From Eutreptiella sp. 'Long Island Sound 2002' (taxonomy: Eukaryota; Protista; Euglenida), in contig OZ038378.1 of assembly GCA_964036045.1 (NCBI GenBank), positions 180,296,001 to 180,360,000 on the forward strand: a DNA stretch of 64,000 bases. Reading direction: 5' to 3'. A model generated the notes under the pieces. That model had not been told where the DNA came from, made no database searches, and was given only the letters and a program-made list of their open reading frames with translations. The position numbers were made by a program, and so were the translations under genes. Below are positions 25,901 to 37,900 of this stretch, piece by piece (the stretch's first letter is position 1; the number at the start of each line of letters is the position of its first letter).

Positions 25901-28900
25901 GGCATCCATTGCACATAGACGACCACGGTCGACACTTACGTCCATGACCCACCACGTTACCCAATTGTCTGGGTTCCCCGCACTCGCTAGGCCACCAGGC
26001 CAAACCCCAACAAACACATCGCAGCGGGTGGCAGCAGCCCGCCACAACGGCGTGGCGTCCGCGCATACCAACACGGGGATCTTGGTCGTGCCCCTTGGGG
26101 GGGTGAACACCCCTTGTTCTTGTGCAAGGTGCACTTGCTCACCTACAAGATCCGCCAAAGACACCGCAGCCGCCGCACGTTTCTTGCCCCCGTGTCCCCG
26201 CACACTCACGGCCACGGCATTGTACGTTAGCGCACGCCTTGCCTCATACAACTCATCACGAGTGCACCTACAAGGCAACCGCAATGTCTGTCGCATGGAC
26301 AGTTGCATTGCGCGAGCAACACATCGATGGCATATCTGTTGACGTCTGCAGCCGCTGCCATCACCTAACCTGCATTGTACATACTGCCACCCACCAGCGA
26401 AACCACACCGGTGGCATCGCGCCGAAAAGACACCTCCGGATCTTGGAGGATTGCCCGCACCATGTGCTGCGCCAGTGCCAGCCGCTCACGTTGCTGGTCT
26501 GGCCCAAGGTCAAAATAGGGCTTGCGCAGCATTTTGCCAACCTCAACCTCAAAGGAGGCCACCATGCGGTCCATCTAGAAAACATAGGCACATGGTGTCG
26601 GAACAGGAAGTGCCTGGGAACCCCGTTTTAGGAACCCCTTTCTGATCAGGAACCCTACCGGTAACCCCATTTCAGGAAACCCTTCCCAGATTGACTTCTC
26701 GCGTAACTTTCTGATCAAGAACCCCTTCTCAGATTGACTTCTCGAATACCTTTCTGATTCGAGGCCATGCAGGATCTTTAAGGGGGACTGTTTCATTTTC
26801 CAGACATGTGACCGCTTTGCATGAGACACGTGCACCTAGGGGGGGGCTTCCCATCCCCCGCAAGGGGGGGGGGGGGTTGCCCCCCCCCCCCCCCCGGGCA
26901 GACTCACGCAAACAAACAGGCACAACCGTTCTCCACTTCTTTGCTTGACGATGGTTCATGTTCGGACACGCTTTGCACAAGCATCCCCAGAGGGGAACAA
27001 ACAAATAGTGAAAGCCAGTCGCAGCAAGCTTGCTGCAAGCCGGGCAGCGTTGCACACAATATCCATAGGGGTGTATATATATGGCCGCACTTGTGCGCGC
27101 ACTTAGCTGCCGCGCACCGTGTGCTCATGTTGAGGTTGAGGAAGCTGAAAGGTGGGCCAAAAAATTGGGGGAATGTTGGAAGTTGATGGGGTGGAAGGCA
27201 ACGGTATGGGTGCATTGGACGGTGTGCCATAGTGGGTGGTTTGTGCGGAAGTACCGCACAATGTACTTTTTTAGTTCTGTGCCGACCGAGAGGAGGAACT
27301 CGGCCTATAAAGTGCACATCCAAAATAGTTTCCGTGGGTGGTCGGTGAAGAATCCACGGAGCTCCGTGAGGGGCATGCGGCATTTGCTCAACATGTATGA
27401 ATTGGATGTTGGGCTAAAACGTGTTGGGAGCCCATCCATGGGGACAGGGAGAGGGCAAAAGAGGAACAGGAGTGAATAACATGGCCTTGCGGAAGTGTCT
27501 TTTGTTGCGCCACTTGTGCATGTTCAATTTCAGAAAGGGGGTCCGAGAAGTCATTTTGAGAAGGGGTTCCTGATCAGAAAGTAGGCCGAGAAGTCATTTT
27601 GAGAAGGGGTTCCCAATCAGAAAGTGCCTCTGGGAACCCCCCGGGGAGGTCCGAGAAGGCAAATACAAAAACGGCCCATTTGGGCCGTTTGGGCCGGGAC
27701 CGAAAATTTTCACATGTGGGCACCCAAGAGGCTATGAAAACACCCCCCGTCCAATTGGACCACCTACATGTGTTCGGTTTGGAGTCGTGGTCAACCCAAT
27801 CCGAGAAGGGGGGGAGTTCCCGCTACCCCCTTCTCGGTTTCACCACATTGATGCCTTAGAGCTTTCCCTCCTGTACTCCCATGGACGACGCAGTGCGTTG
27901 TCTTTCGAACAATGTGTGCATCAAGAAAACCGTTGATTATGTGTTGAGCATTACACAAGTTTGAAGTCTGTGTCACATAGCTTTCTCATTGCATGTGTTC
28001 TTTATGGGCATGGTTATGGGTTGGGTAAGGTTGGTATGGGACCAAAGACGAACGAACAACAATTTTCTGCAAACATCCAGGACTATCGTGCACCGTTACG
28101 GGAAAAATAATTTTTCCCCCCACTACGGGGGTGGGTAGTATGTTCTGGGAAAAAAAGCCACCACGGGGTTAGGAGAATTTTTTTTTCTGCCCCCCCCCCC
28201 CCCTGCTCTGGGCCATCCTGGGGGCCTTTCATGAGGTGCAGGACCTACCCCCAGGGTGCCGCCACCACAGCACCATGACGTCCTTAGCACCACCGGCAGT
28301 ACCATTTGCCTGGTAGTACGGGTGCAAAGCCTTGTGAGCCACCACCCCTGACCCTTCGGGAGGCAGTCAATCGGTGCACTTGGCCACCTTTCCCCTCCTA
28401 GACGCCAGCTCAGGCCCCTGGGCGTTGAGTTGGCCGGCAGCACGCCGTCCGATCCGCGGCTGGAGCCCGTAGGCTACATGACCCATAGTTGCCTGGCGGT
28501 GTCAGCGTTGGGCTCCCCTGCCCCACCACCGGGAGCCTGAGCACCGGGCATACAGACCGCCAACAGCAGCAAACCTTCTTGGAGCGAGCCGGTGCAATGT
28601 GGTGTGTTGGGGTGCGTTGCGGTGCAGTGCTGTGCTGTGCTGTGCTGTGCTTTGCGGTGTCCAGTGGCTTCCGATCTGTGTCATCACCCCTCGTTCCTTT
28701 TCACCAAATCTCCAATCCGCCCTGCTGCCCCCCTCCCCGTCCCCCTGATGCATGGGCCTCATCCCGGCTTCATGTCATACAGAGTCGCAGACAGGCTCGC
28801 TGTCCACCACCATCAGCGTCCCTCGGACTGCCAGCAGAACCTACAGCAGTAGCCCCAGCCGCAGCCTCACTGCCCCCTTGACGCCGACCAGCACGGGGTC

Positions 28901-31900
28901 GGGCGTGCCCTCCGGGACTGCAACCAGCACTGGGTCGTGCACTGGCACCCCATCCCCCCGCCCATCACGTACCCCATCAGCAACTCCCAGCCCCATCGGT
29001 ACTGCCAGCAGCACCGCCTCGGCTACCACTGTTGGCACTGCAACCGCCGTCCAGACCAGTACCAGCACTGCGACACGCACACAGAGCTCGTCAGGCACGC
29101 GCACACCGTCATCCCTTGCAACGGGGTCGTGTACGCGCTCGATGTCGTGCAGTCGTACGGTGACGCCTTCGGAGTCTGCAACCGGGGCGCGGACAGCCTC
29201 TGTGAGCAGTACGGATACAGTTACACAGTCTACATCTCAGACAGGCACCTGCGCACCCTCTCGCACGGTCACGCCAACTCACACCAGAGCACTGACTGCC
29301 ACTCAGCCCGCCACTTTCAGTGCTTCGAGCACTGCAAGTGACACCTTGACTCGCAGTGGAAGCATGAGCCCCAGTCCAGTTGCCACAGGCACGACCTCAG
29401 CTACGGACACGAGATCCTCAACCGCTGGCAGCACACTTTCAAACACTGCCACACGATCATCCTCTGCATCGCTGACGCAGTCACTCACACCAGCACCCAC
29501 CGGTACAGCGAGCAGTACCATTACCGAGACGGGCACCAGGAGCACGACCACAAGCCACACGGGGCTGAACACTGGGACAATGACTTGTACTACATCGGGT
29601 ACATCGACAGCCACCACTACCAGTACTGACCGTCCGACCTCTACAAGGAGCCTTTCGCGCACAGCTACAGGAACGTCATCAATGACAACCAGCCAAACGG
29701 GGCTGAATACTGTCTCGCCCACACCAACACCCACGAGAACCTCAACGGGCACTGCAGTAGTCACCTCATCACAGACCACCAGTAGTACGCCTACGCAATT
29801 GGACACGTCCACGGGATCAGTGACGGCGACTGCCACTCAGCCCGCCACTTTCAGTGCTTCGAGCACTGCAAGTGACACCTTGACTCGCAGTGGAAGCATG
29901 AGCCCCAGTCCAGTTGCCACAGGCACGACCTCAGCTACGGACACGAGATCCTCAACCGCTGGCAGCACACTTTCAAACACCGCCACACGATCATCCTCTG
30001 CATCGCTGACGCAGTCACTCACACCAGCACCCACCGGTACAGCGAGCAGTACCATCACCGAGACGGGCACCAGGAGCACGACCACAAGCCACACGGGGCT
30101 GAACACTGGGACAATGACTTGTACTACATCGGGTACATCGACAGCCACCACTTCCGGTACTGACCGTCCGACCTCTACAAGGAGCCTTTCGCGCACAGCT
30201 ACAGGAACGTCATCTTTGACAACCAGCCAAACGGGGCTGAACACTGTCTCGCCCACACCAACACCCACGAGAACCTCAACGGGCACTGCAGTAGTCACCT
30301 CATCACAGACCACCAGTAGTACGCCTACGCAATTGGACACATCCACGGGATCAGTGACGGCGACTGCCACTCAGCCCGCCACTTTCAGTGCTTCGAGCAC
30401 TGCAAGTGACACCTTGACTCGCAGTGGAAGCATGAGCCCCAGTCCAGTTGCCACAGGCACGACCTCAGCTACGGACACGAGATCCTCAACCGCTGGCAGC
30501 ACACTTTCAAACACCGCCACACGATCATCCTCTGCATCGCTGACGCAGTCACTCACACCAGCACCCACCGGTACAGCGAGCAGTACCATCACCGAGGCGG
30601 GCACCAGGAGCACGACCACAAGCCACACGGGGCTGAACACTGGGACAATGACTTGTACTACATCGGGTACATCGACAGCCACCACTACCGGTACTGACCG
30701 TCCGACCTCTACAAGGAGCCTTTCGGGCACAGCTACAGGAACGTCATCCGTGACAACCAGCCAAACGGGGCTGAACACTGTCTCGCCCACACCAACACCC
30801 ACAAGAACCTCAACGGGCACTGCAGTAGTCACCTCATCACAGACCACCAGTAGTACGCCTACGCAATTGGACACATCCACGGGATCAGTGACGGCGACTG
30901 CCACTCAGCCCGCCACTTTCAGTGCTTCGAGCACTGCAAGTGACACCTTGACTCGCAGTGGAAGCATGAGCCCCAGTCCAGTTGCCACAGGCACGACCTC
31001 AGCTACGGACACGAGATCCTCAACCGCTGGCAGCACACTTTCAAACACCGCCACACGATCATCCTCTGCATCGCTGACGCAGTCACTCACACCAGCACCC
31101 ACCGGTACAGCGAGCAGTACCATCACCGAGACGGGCACCAGGAGCACGACCACAAGCCACACGGGGCTGAACACTGGGACAATGACTTGTACTACATCGG
31201 GTACATCGACAGCCACCACTTCCGGTACTGACCGTCCGACCTCTACAAGGAGCCTTTCGCGCACAGCTACAGGAACGTCATCTTTGACAACCAGCCAAAC
31301 GGGGCTGAACACTGTCTCGCCCACACCAACACCCACAAGAACCTCAACGGGCACTGCAGTAGTCACCTCATCACAGACCACCAGTAGTACGCCTACGCAA
31401 TTGGACACGTCCACGGGATCAGTGACGGCGACTGCCACTCAGCCCGCCACTTTCAGTGCTTCGAGCACTGCAAGTGACACCTTGACTCGCAGTGGAAGCA
31501 TGAGCCCCAGTCCAGTTGCCACAGGCACGACCTCAGCTACGGATACGAGATCCTCAACCGCTGGCAGCACACTTTCAAACACTGCCACACGATCATCCTC
31601 TGCATCGCTGACGCAGTCACTCACACCAGCACCCACCGGTACAGCGAGCAGTACCATTACCGAGACGGGCACCAGGAGCACGACCACAAGCCACACGGGG
31701 CTGAACACTGGGACAATGACTTGTACTACATCGGGTACATCGACAGCCACCACTTCCGGTACTGACCGTCCGACCTCTACAAGGAGCCTTTCGCGCACAG
31801 CTACAGGAACGTCATCTTTGACAACCAGCCAAACGGGGCTGAACACTGTCTCGCCCACACCAACACCCACAAGAACCTCAACGGGCACTGCAGTAGTCAC

Positions 31901-34900
31901 CTCATCACAGACCACCAGTAGTACGCCTACGCAATTGGACACGTCCACGGGATCAGTGACGGCGACTGCCACTCAGCCCGCCACTTTCAGTGCTTCGAGC
32001 ACTGCAAGTGACACCTTGACTCGCAGTGGAAGCATGAGCCCCAGTCCAGTTGCCACAGGCACGACCTCAGCTACGGACACGAGATCCTCAACCGCTGGCA
32101 GCACACTTTCAAACACTGCCACACGATCATCCTCTGTATCGCTGACGCCCTCAGTAACACAAGCTCCAAGTGCGACGGCGACCTGCACCGTGACAACGAC
32201 AGGCACCAGGAGTCTGACCACAAGCCACACAGGGCTGAACACTGGGACAATGACTTGTACTACATCGGGTACATCGACAGCCACCACTTCCGGTACTGAC
32301 CGTCCGACCTCTACAAGGAGCCTTTCGGGCACAGCTACAGGAACGTCATCGGTGACAACCAGCCAAACGGGGCTGAACACTGGGACAATGACTGGTACTA
32401 CATCGGGTTCATCGACAGCCACCACCACAGGCACCGGCCATCCCACGACCACTCCTAGCGTCCTGCCAACCACCACCCCGACATCATCCGTGACAACCAG
32501 CCAAACGGGGCTGAACACTGCCACGGGCTCACAAACACCCATCTGGACGAAAATACCCACTTACTCCTGTACCCCAACACAGACCTCCAGCAGTACGCGG
32601 ACGCACACCTCTTCACGCAGTCGGACGTCGACGGAGAGCCGCACGGCCACCATTTCAAGGACCTGGAGCATGACAGCAAGCGGCACGCAATTGAGTACTG
32701 CAACAGGGTTCTCCACCGCAACATCCACATCAACTTTCACCCTCACGGCCACCAACCGCCCGACCTCTACAGCCAGCCCATCGGGCACGCCTACACGAAC
32801 ATCATCTTTGACAACCAGCCAAACGGGGTTGAACACTGTCTCGCCCACACCAACACCCACGAGAACCTCAACGGGCACTGCAGTAGTCACCTCATCACAG
32901 ACCACCAGTAGTACGCCTACGCAATTGGACACATCCACGGGATCAGTGACGGCGACTGCCACTCAACCCGCCACTTTCAGTGCTTCGAGCACTGCAAGTG
33001 ACACCTTGACTCGCAGTGGAAGCATGAGCCCCAGTCCAGTTGCCACAGGCACGACCTCAGCTACGGACACGAGATCCTCAACCGCTGGCAGCACGCTTTC
33101 AAACACTGCCACACGATCATCCTCTGCATCGCTGACGCCCTCAGCAACACAAGCTCCAAGTGCGACGGTGACCTGCACCGTGACAGCGACAGGCACCAGG
33201 AGCCCGACTTGCAGTGGAAGCATGAGCCCCAGTCCAGTTGCCACAGGCACGACCTCAGCTACGGACACGAGATCCTCAACCGCTGGCAGCACGCTTTCAA
33301 ACACTGCCACACGATCATCCTCTGCATCGCTGACGCCCTCAGCAACACAAGCTCCAAGTGCGACGGTGACCTGCACCGTGACAGCGACAGGCACCAGGAG
33401 CCCGACTTGCAGTGGAAGCATGAGCCCCAGTCCAGTTGCCACAGGCACGACCTCAGCTACGGACACGAGATCCTCAACCGCTGGCAGCACGCTTTCAAAC
33501 ACTGCCACACGATCATCCTCTGCATCGCTGACGCCCTCAGCAACACAAGCTCCAAGTGCGACGGTGACCTGCACCGTGACAGCGACAGGCACCAGGAGCC
33601 CGACTTGCAGTGGAAGCATGAGCCCCAGTCCAGTTGCCACAGGCACGACCTCAGCTACGGACACGAGATCCTTAACCGCTGGCAGCACACTTTCAAACAC
33701 CGCCACACGATCATCCTCTGCATCGCTGACGCCCTCAGCAACACAAGCTCCAAGTGCGACGGTGACCTGCACCGTGATAGCGACAGGCACCAGGAGCCCG
33801 ACCACAAGCCGCACGGGACTGCATACGGTGACCATCACCGCCAGCCGCCACCCCACCCTAACGCCAACAGCAACAGTCACCCCAAGCCGAACATCGGCGC
33901 ACACTGCCACCTCAAGTGTAACCCCATCACAGATACCCACGGCTATCCCAACGTCCATGGCCACATGTACTGGATCCGCGACACGGACGGCCACGCTGTC
34001 CACCACCCGCACCGCCGATGACACCGCCAGTTTCTCCAGCACAGCGAGTGACACGGCGTCGACTACCGCCACAACCGACCCCACCGTCACAAGCGCGTCA
34101 ACCTCAACCGCGACCGCCACCCACCACCCCACTGTCACACTGACCCGCTTGGGATCCCTGACACCGACGTCAACCCCCACGCCCAGTCCGACAGGGCTGC
34201 GCACTCAGACGGACACGTGCACGCCGGCAAGCACGGTGACAGGCCCCTCCACATGCACCCCATCGGACACCCGGAGCCGTACAGTCACGCTGCCGGGTAC
34301 GATCACCGGTTCAGCGACGCCGACTGCCACGCGATCCGCCACGCACAGTGCCGCCAGCACTGCGAGTTGCACTCCCACGGGCACTGCCATCCTCACGCCC
34401 AGCCCGTCGGCCAGTGCCACGGCCTCAGCCACCCGCACCGCCTCCCAGACCCTGACCCGGACCCATTCCCCCAGCACCACCCCGACCGTGACGCCCACCC
34501 GCACCTTTTACCGCAACTCCACGCGGACCCGCACCCCCTCCCCAACCCCCTCCCCCCTCGCTTCCCCCTCGTCCACTCGGACCTACACAACGACGCCCAC
34601 CGCCTCCGCCTCTCCGCGCAGCACCGCCTCCTCGACGCGGTCCCCAACTCTCACACCCTCGCCCACGCCCTCCCCCACACCTTCGCTGTCTTCCACAAAA
34701 ACACCCTCCGTGACTTCCTCCCCGTCCTCCAGCTCCACGGCCTCCGCCAGCCTGTCCGTCACGCACACGGCCTCTGGTACCCCTTCACACACGGACACCG
34801 CCCCGTTTCTGGTGGTGGATGCCGTAGGGCCCGACGTTGTCTACGTGACCTTGTACGAGATGGGTCGAGAGCCCTGGGTCTGGAACTATACGATTACCAA

Positions 34901-37900
34901 TTTGTACTCGGTCCCCCGGACGATCAACGTGTCCGCCAGCAGTGAGTTGCTCGTCACCGAGTACAACGGCACCCGATCCATCAAGCCTGGTGCAGCGCTC
35001 ACCGTTACAGTGCAATTCGTCGTGCCAAAGGTATAGCCCTCAACAGTCATTGACAACCCCCCCCCCCCCGAGCCCCGTGCTTACTGCAGCCCTGCGCGTA
35101 CCACGCCAGTCCTCCGCGACCGCCCCTTCAAGTGCTCCGACCGCCTGCAGCAGTCTGACCCAGGCCTTTTTTTTGGGAATTAGGTGGAGGAATTAGAGGC
35201 TCTAGGGCCTGGGGTCCTTCACGCGAGGCTGCGTGTTCAAATCACCTCCAAGGGTTGTCAGATCAAGCACAGCTGCAAGTGCCATATACCCCCATTTTGT
35301 TGGTCACGTAGAGGAATGGAGTTGTAAAATCATCATTTTTGGCAAACAGAATTATCCCCCAACGAATTTTTCAATTTTGACCCGTCAGCCCCCCCCCGCC
35401 CCCTCCCCTTTTTGGGGGATGGGGTGGGGGTTTAGGTGTATGTTGTAATTCGTGTAAATTTTTTTTTGCGGTAAATGCGTGTAACAAAAAAGTCGTGTAG
35501 TTGTGTAAATTTTTTTTTGCGGCAAGTCCTGTAAGCCCGTCACACGCATTACCGCAAAAAAAAATTACACGACTAGACAATTTTTTTGTACACACGTTTA
35601 CCTCAAAAAAAAATTACACGACTAGACAATTTTTTTGTACACACGTTTACCGCAAAAAAAAATTACACAACTTACAGCAAAAAAAAATTACACGACCTTA
35701 CCGCAAAGAAACAATTACCAATTTTACTGAAAATGCATGCCTGTAGGCGATGTGCCCACCTGTGGCCACGTAGTGGCGGCTAGGCCTATGTAGCCCGTGC
35801 CATGGGCCCTCTGAAAGCCCCAAAATTGTTGTTGTGTAGGCTATTTAGTGGCACCTGAAAAAATTTTCACATTTCGACTTTTTCCGAAACCCTTCTGTTG
35901 CCCCTAGGTTGGGTTTGGGTGATCATCTGGTGACAATACGGGTACTTGAGCGTCCATGGGGACCCACGTAGTGGCCACTGGGCCCATCTAGCCCCAGCCA
36001 TGGGCCCCCCAAAAGCTTCAAAATTGCTGTTTGTAGGTGGTTCAATGGCATTTGGTGTGTGTGTGCACAAACTGCTCTAGCAGTTTTCTAGCCTCTACAG
36101 GTCAAAAATGGAAAATTTGCAACACTTTTTTTGATATTGTGACCACTCACAATGATAAAATATGCTATGTAAAGCATGTTTTAGCCCCTCTTTGTGTGTT
36201 TTTCACCCTATTTGGGTGTTTGGGGGGGGGGGGGGGGGGCTCCCAAGGGGGCCGGGGCACAACCTGCTTATGCAGTTTTCTAGCCTCGGCAACTCAAAAA
36301 TGGAAATTTTCAAAACTGATTTTTTTATATTCTTACCATCCACAATGATCAAATATCCTATGTAAAGCATGTTTTAGCCCCTCTTTATGTGTTTTTCACC
36401 CTATTTGGGTGTCTGGGGGGTGAGGGGGGGCTCCCAAAAGGGGCTAGGGCACAACCTGCTTATGCAGTTTTCCAGCCTCGGCAGCTCAAAAATGGAAATT
36501 TTCAAAACTGATTTTTTGATATTATGACCATCCACAATGATCAAATATCCTATGTAAAGCATGTTTTAGCCCCTCTTTATGTGTTTTTCACCCTATTTGG
36601 GTGTTTGGGGGGGGGGGTCCCAAGGGGGCCGGGGCACAACCTGCTTATGCAGTTTTATCGCCTGAGCAACTCAAAACTGGAAATTTCCAAAACTGATTTT
36701 TTTTATATTCTTACCATCCACAACGACCAAATATCCTATGTAAATCATGTTTTAGCACCCCTTTATTTGTTTTTCACCCTATTTGGGTGTTTTGGGGGGG
36801 GGGTCCCAAGGGGGCAGGGGCACAATCTGCTTATGCAGTTTTCTAGCCTCAGCAACTCAGAAATAGAAATTTTCGAAACTGATTTTTTTGATACTTTGAC
36901 AATCCAAAATGATCAAATATCCGATGTAAAGCATGTTTTAGCCCCTCTTTATGTGTTTTTCAAGCCTCTTGTTGTGTACCTGCACGTGGTGAGGCTGCCT
37001 AGCTGAGCCACAACTTCCTTGCATTTTCTTTTGACGCACCCGCGTCTTCCCTCGCCTTCGCCCTCGCGCCCTGCGCACGATGGGTGACCAAGCGGGGGTG
37101 GCCACCCAGTTGGCTGCCCTCCCACAACGCCCTGCGGTCCTTACGGCTCCATTTCTCGCGGGTGCACCGCCCGTGACCATCGACGAGGGGGCGGCGCGCA
37201 GCCGCTCCCGTTCCAGGGGGCGCAAAGGGGGCGGTGGATCTGCCCAGCCCCCCCCCCCCCACCGCGGAGCAGGCGATGATCGCCTCGCTCGAGCGCCAGA
37301 TTGCGTCCCTTGAGGGCGTGATCAACACCCTCTGCCGCAAGCTAGCGGAGTCGCGGGGCGAGTCAGCCCCCACGCGGCCCGGGGCAGCCGCAGCGGCCCC
37401 GGCCGCATCGACGACCGCGGCGGCAAAGGCTAGGACATCAATATAGCCCGGAGCAACATCACCTTGTGGGGAGTGGGGGGCGTCACGGAGGGGTCCGCTC
37501 CCCCGCCCCCCAGCAGGCTGGCCCCGGTCGCTCGACCTATGCTTCAACGACGCGGTCCACTGCGCGGGGATCCCGGCCGGGCGCGGTGCGGGTGGTGGCG
37601 GCCGCCGGTCGCACCAAGGCGGCGCTCCCGCCGCTGCAGCCCATGGCAGCCGCCCTCTGGGCCCTGCTCCCTTCGACGACGGCGGTGCAGCCGCTCCGCC
37701 TCTACCAAGGCGAGTCCTGGGACACGATCCGGGAATGGGGCATCGCCCAGATCACGCCGGGGAGACACCGGGCAGAGTGGAAGCAGCCCTCCCAAGAGGG
37801 GGCTCTACGGTGCGTGGCCTTGGTGGGCTGCACAATCCACGAGGTCCACCTCGCAGCTGCGACCGCCCTCATATCCCATGACAACGTCTAGCGGGTCACG

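Noticed and set aside
23930-28200. CAC-type Transib/RSS terminal inverted repeats for the minus-strand RAG1-like element
   Set aside because: No matching inverted pair with a 5-bp TSD could be identified by eye, so the element boundaries remain undefined.
29303-34798. Series of Val-rich minus-strand ORFs (177 aa etc.)
   Set aside because: They are antisense shadows of the Thr/Ser codons (ACN reads as NGT/GTN on the other strand) of the real plus-strand exon 7, and stop at the same point in each repeat unit.
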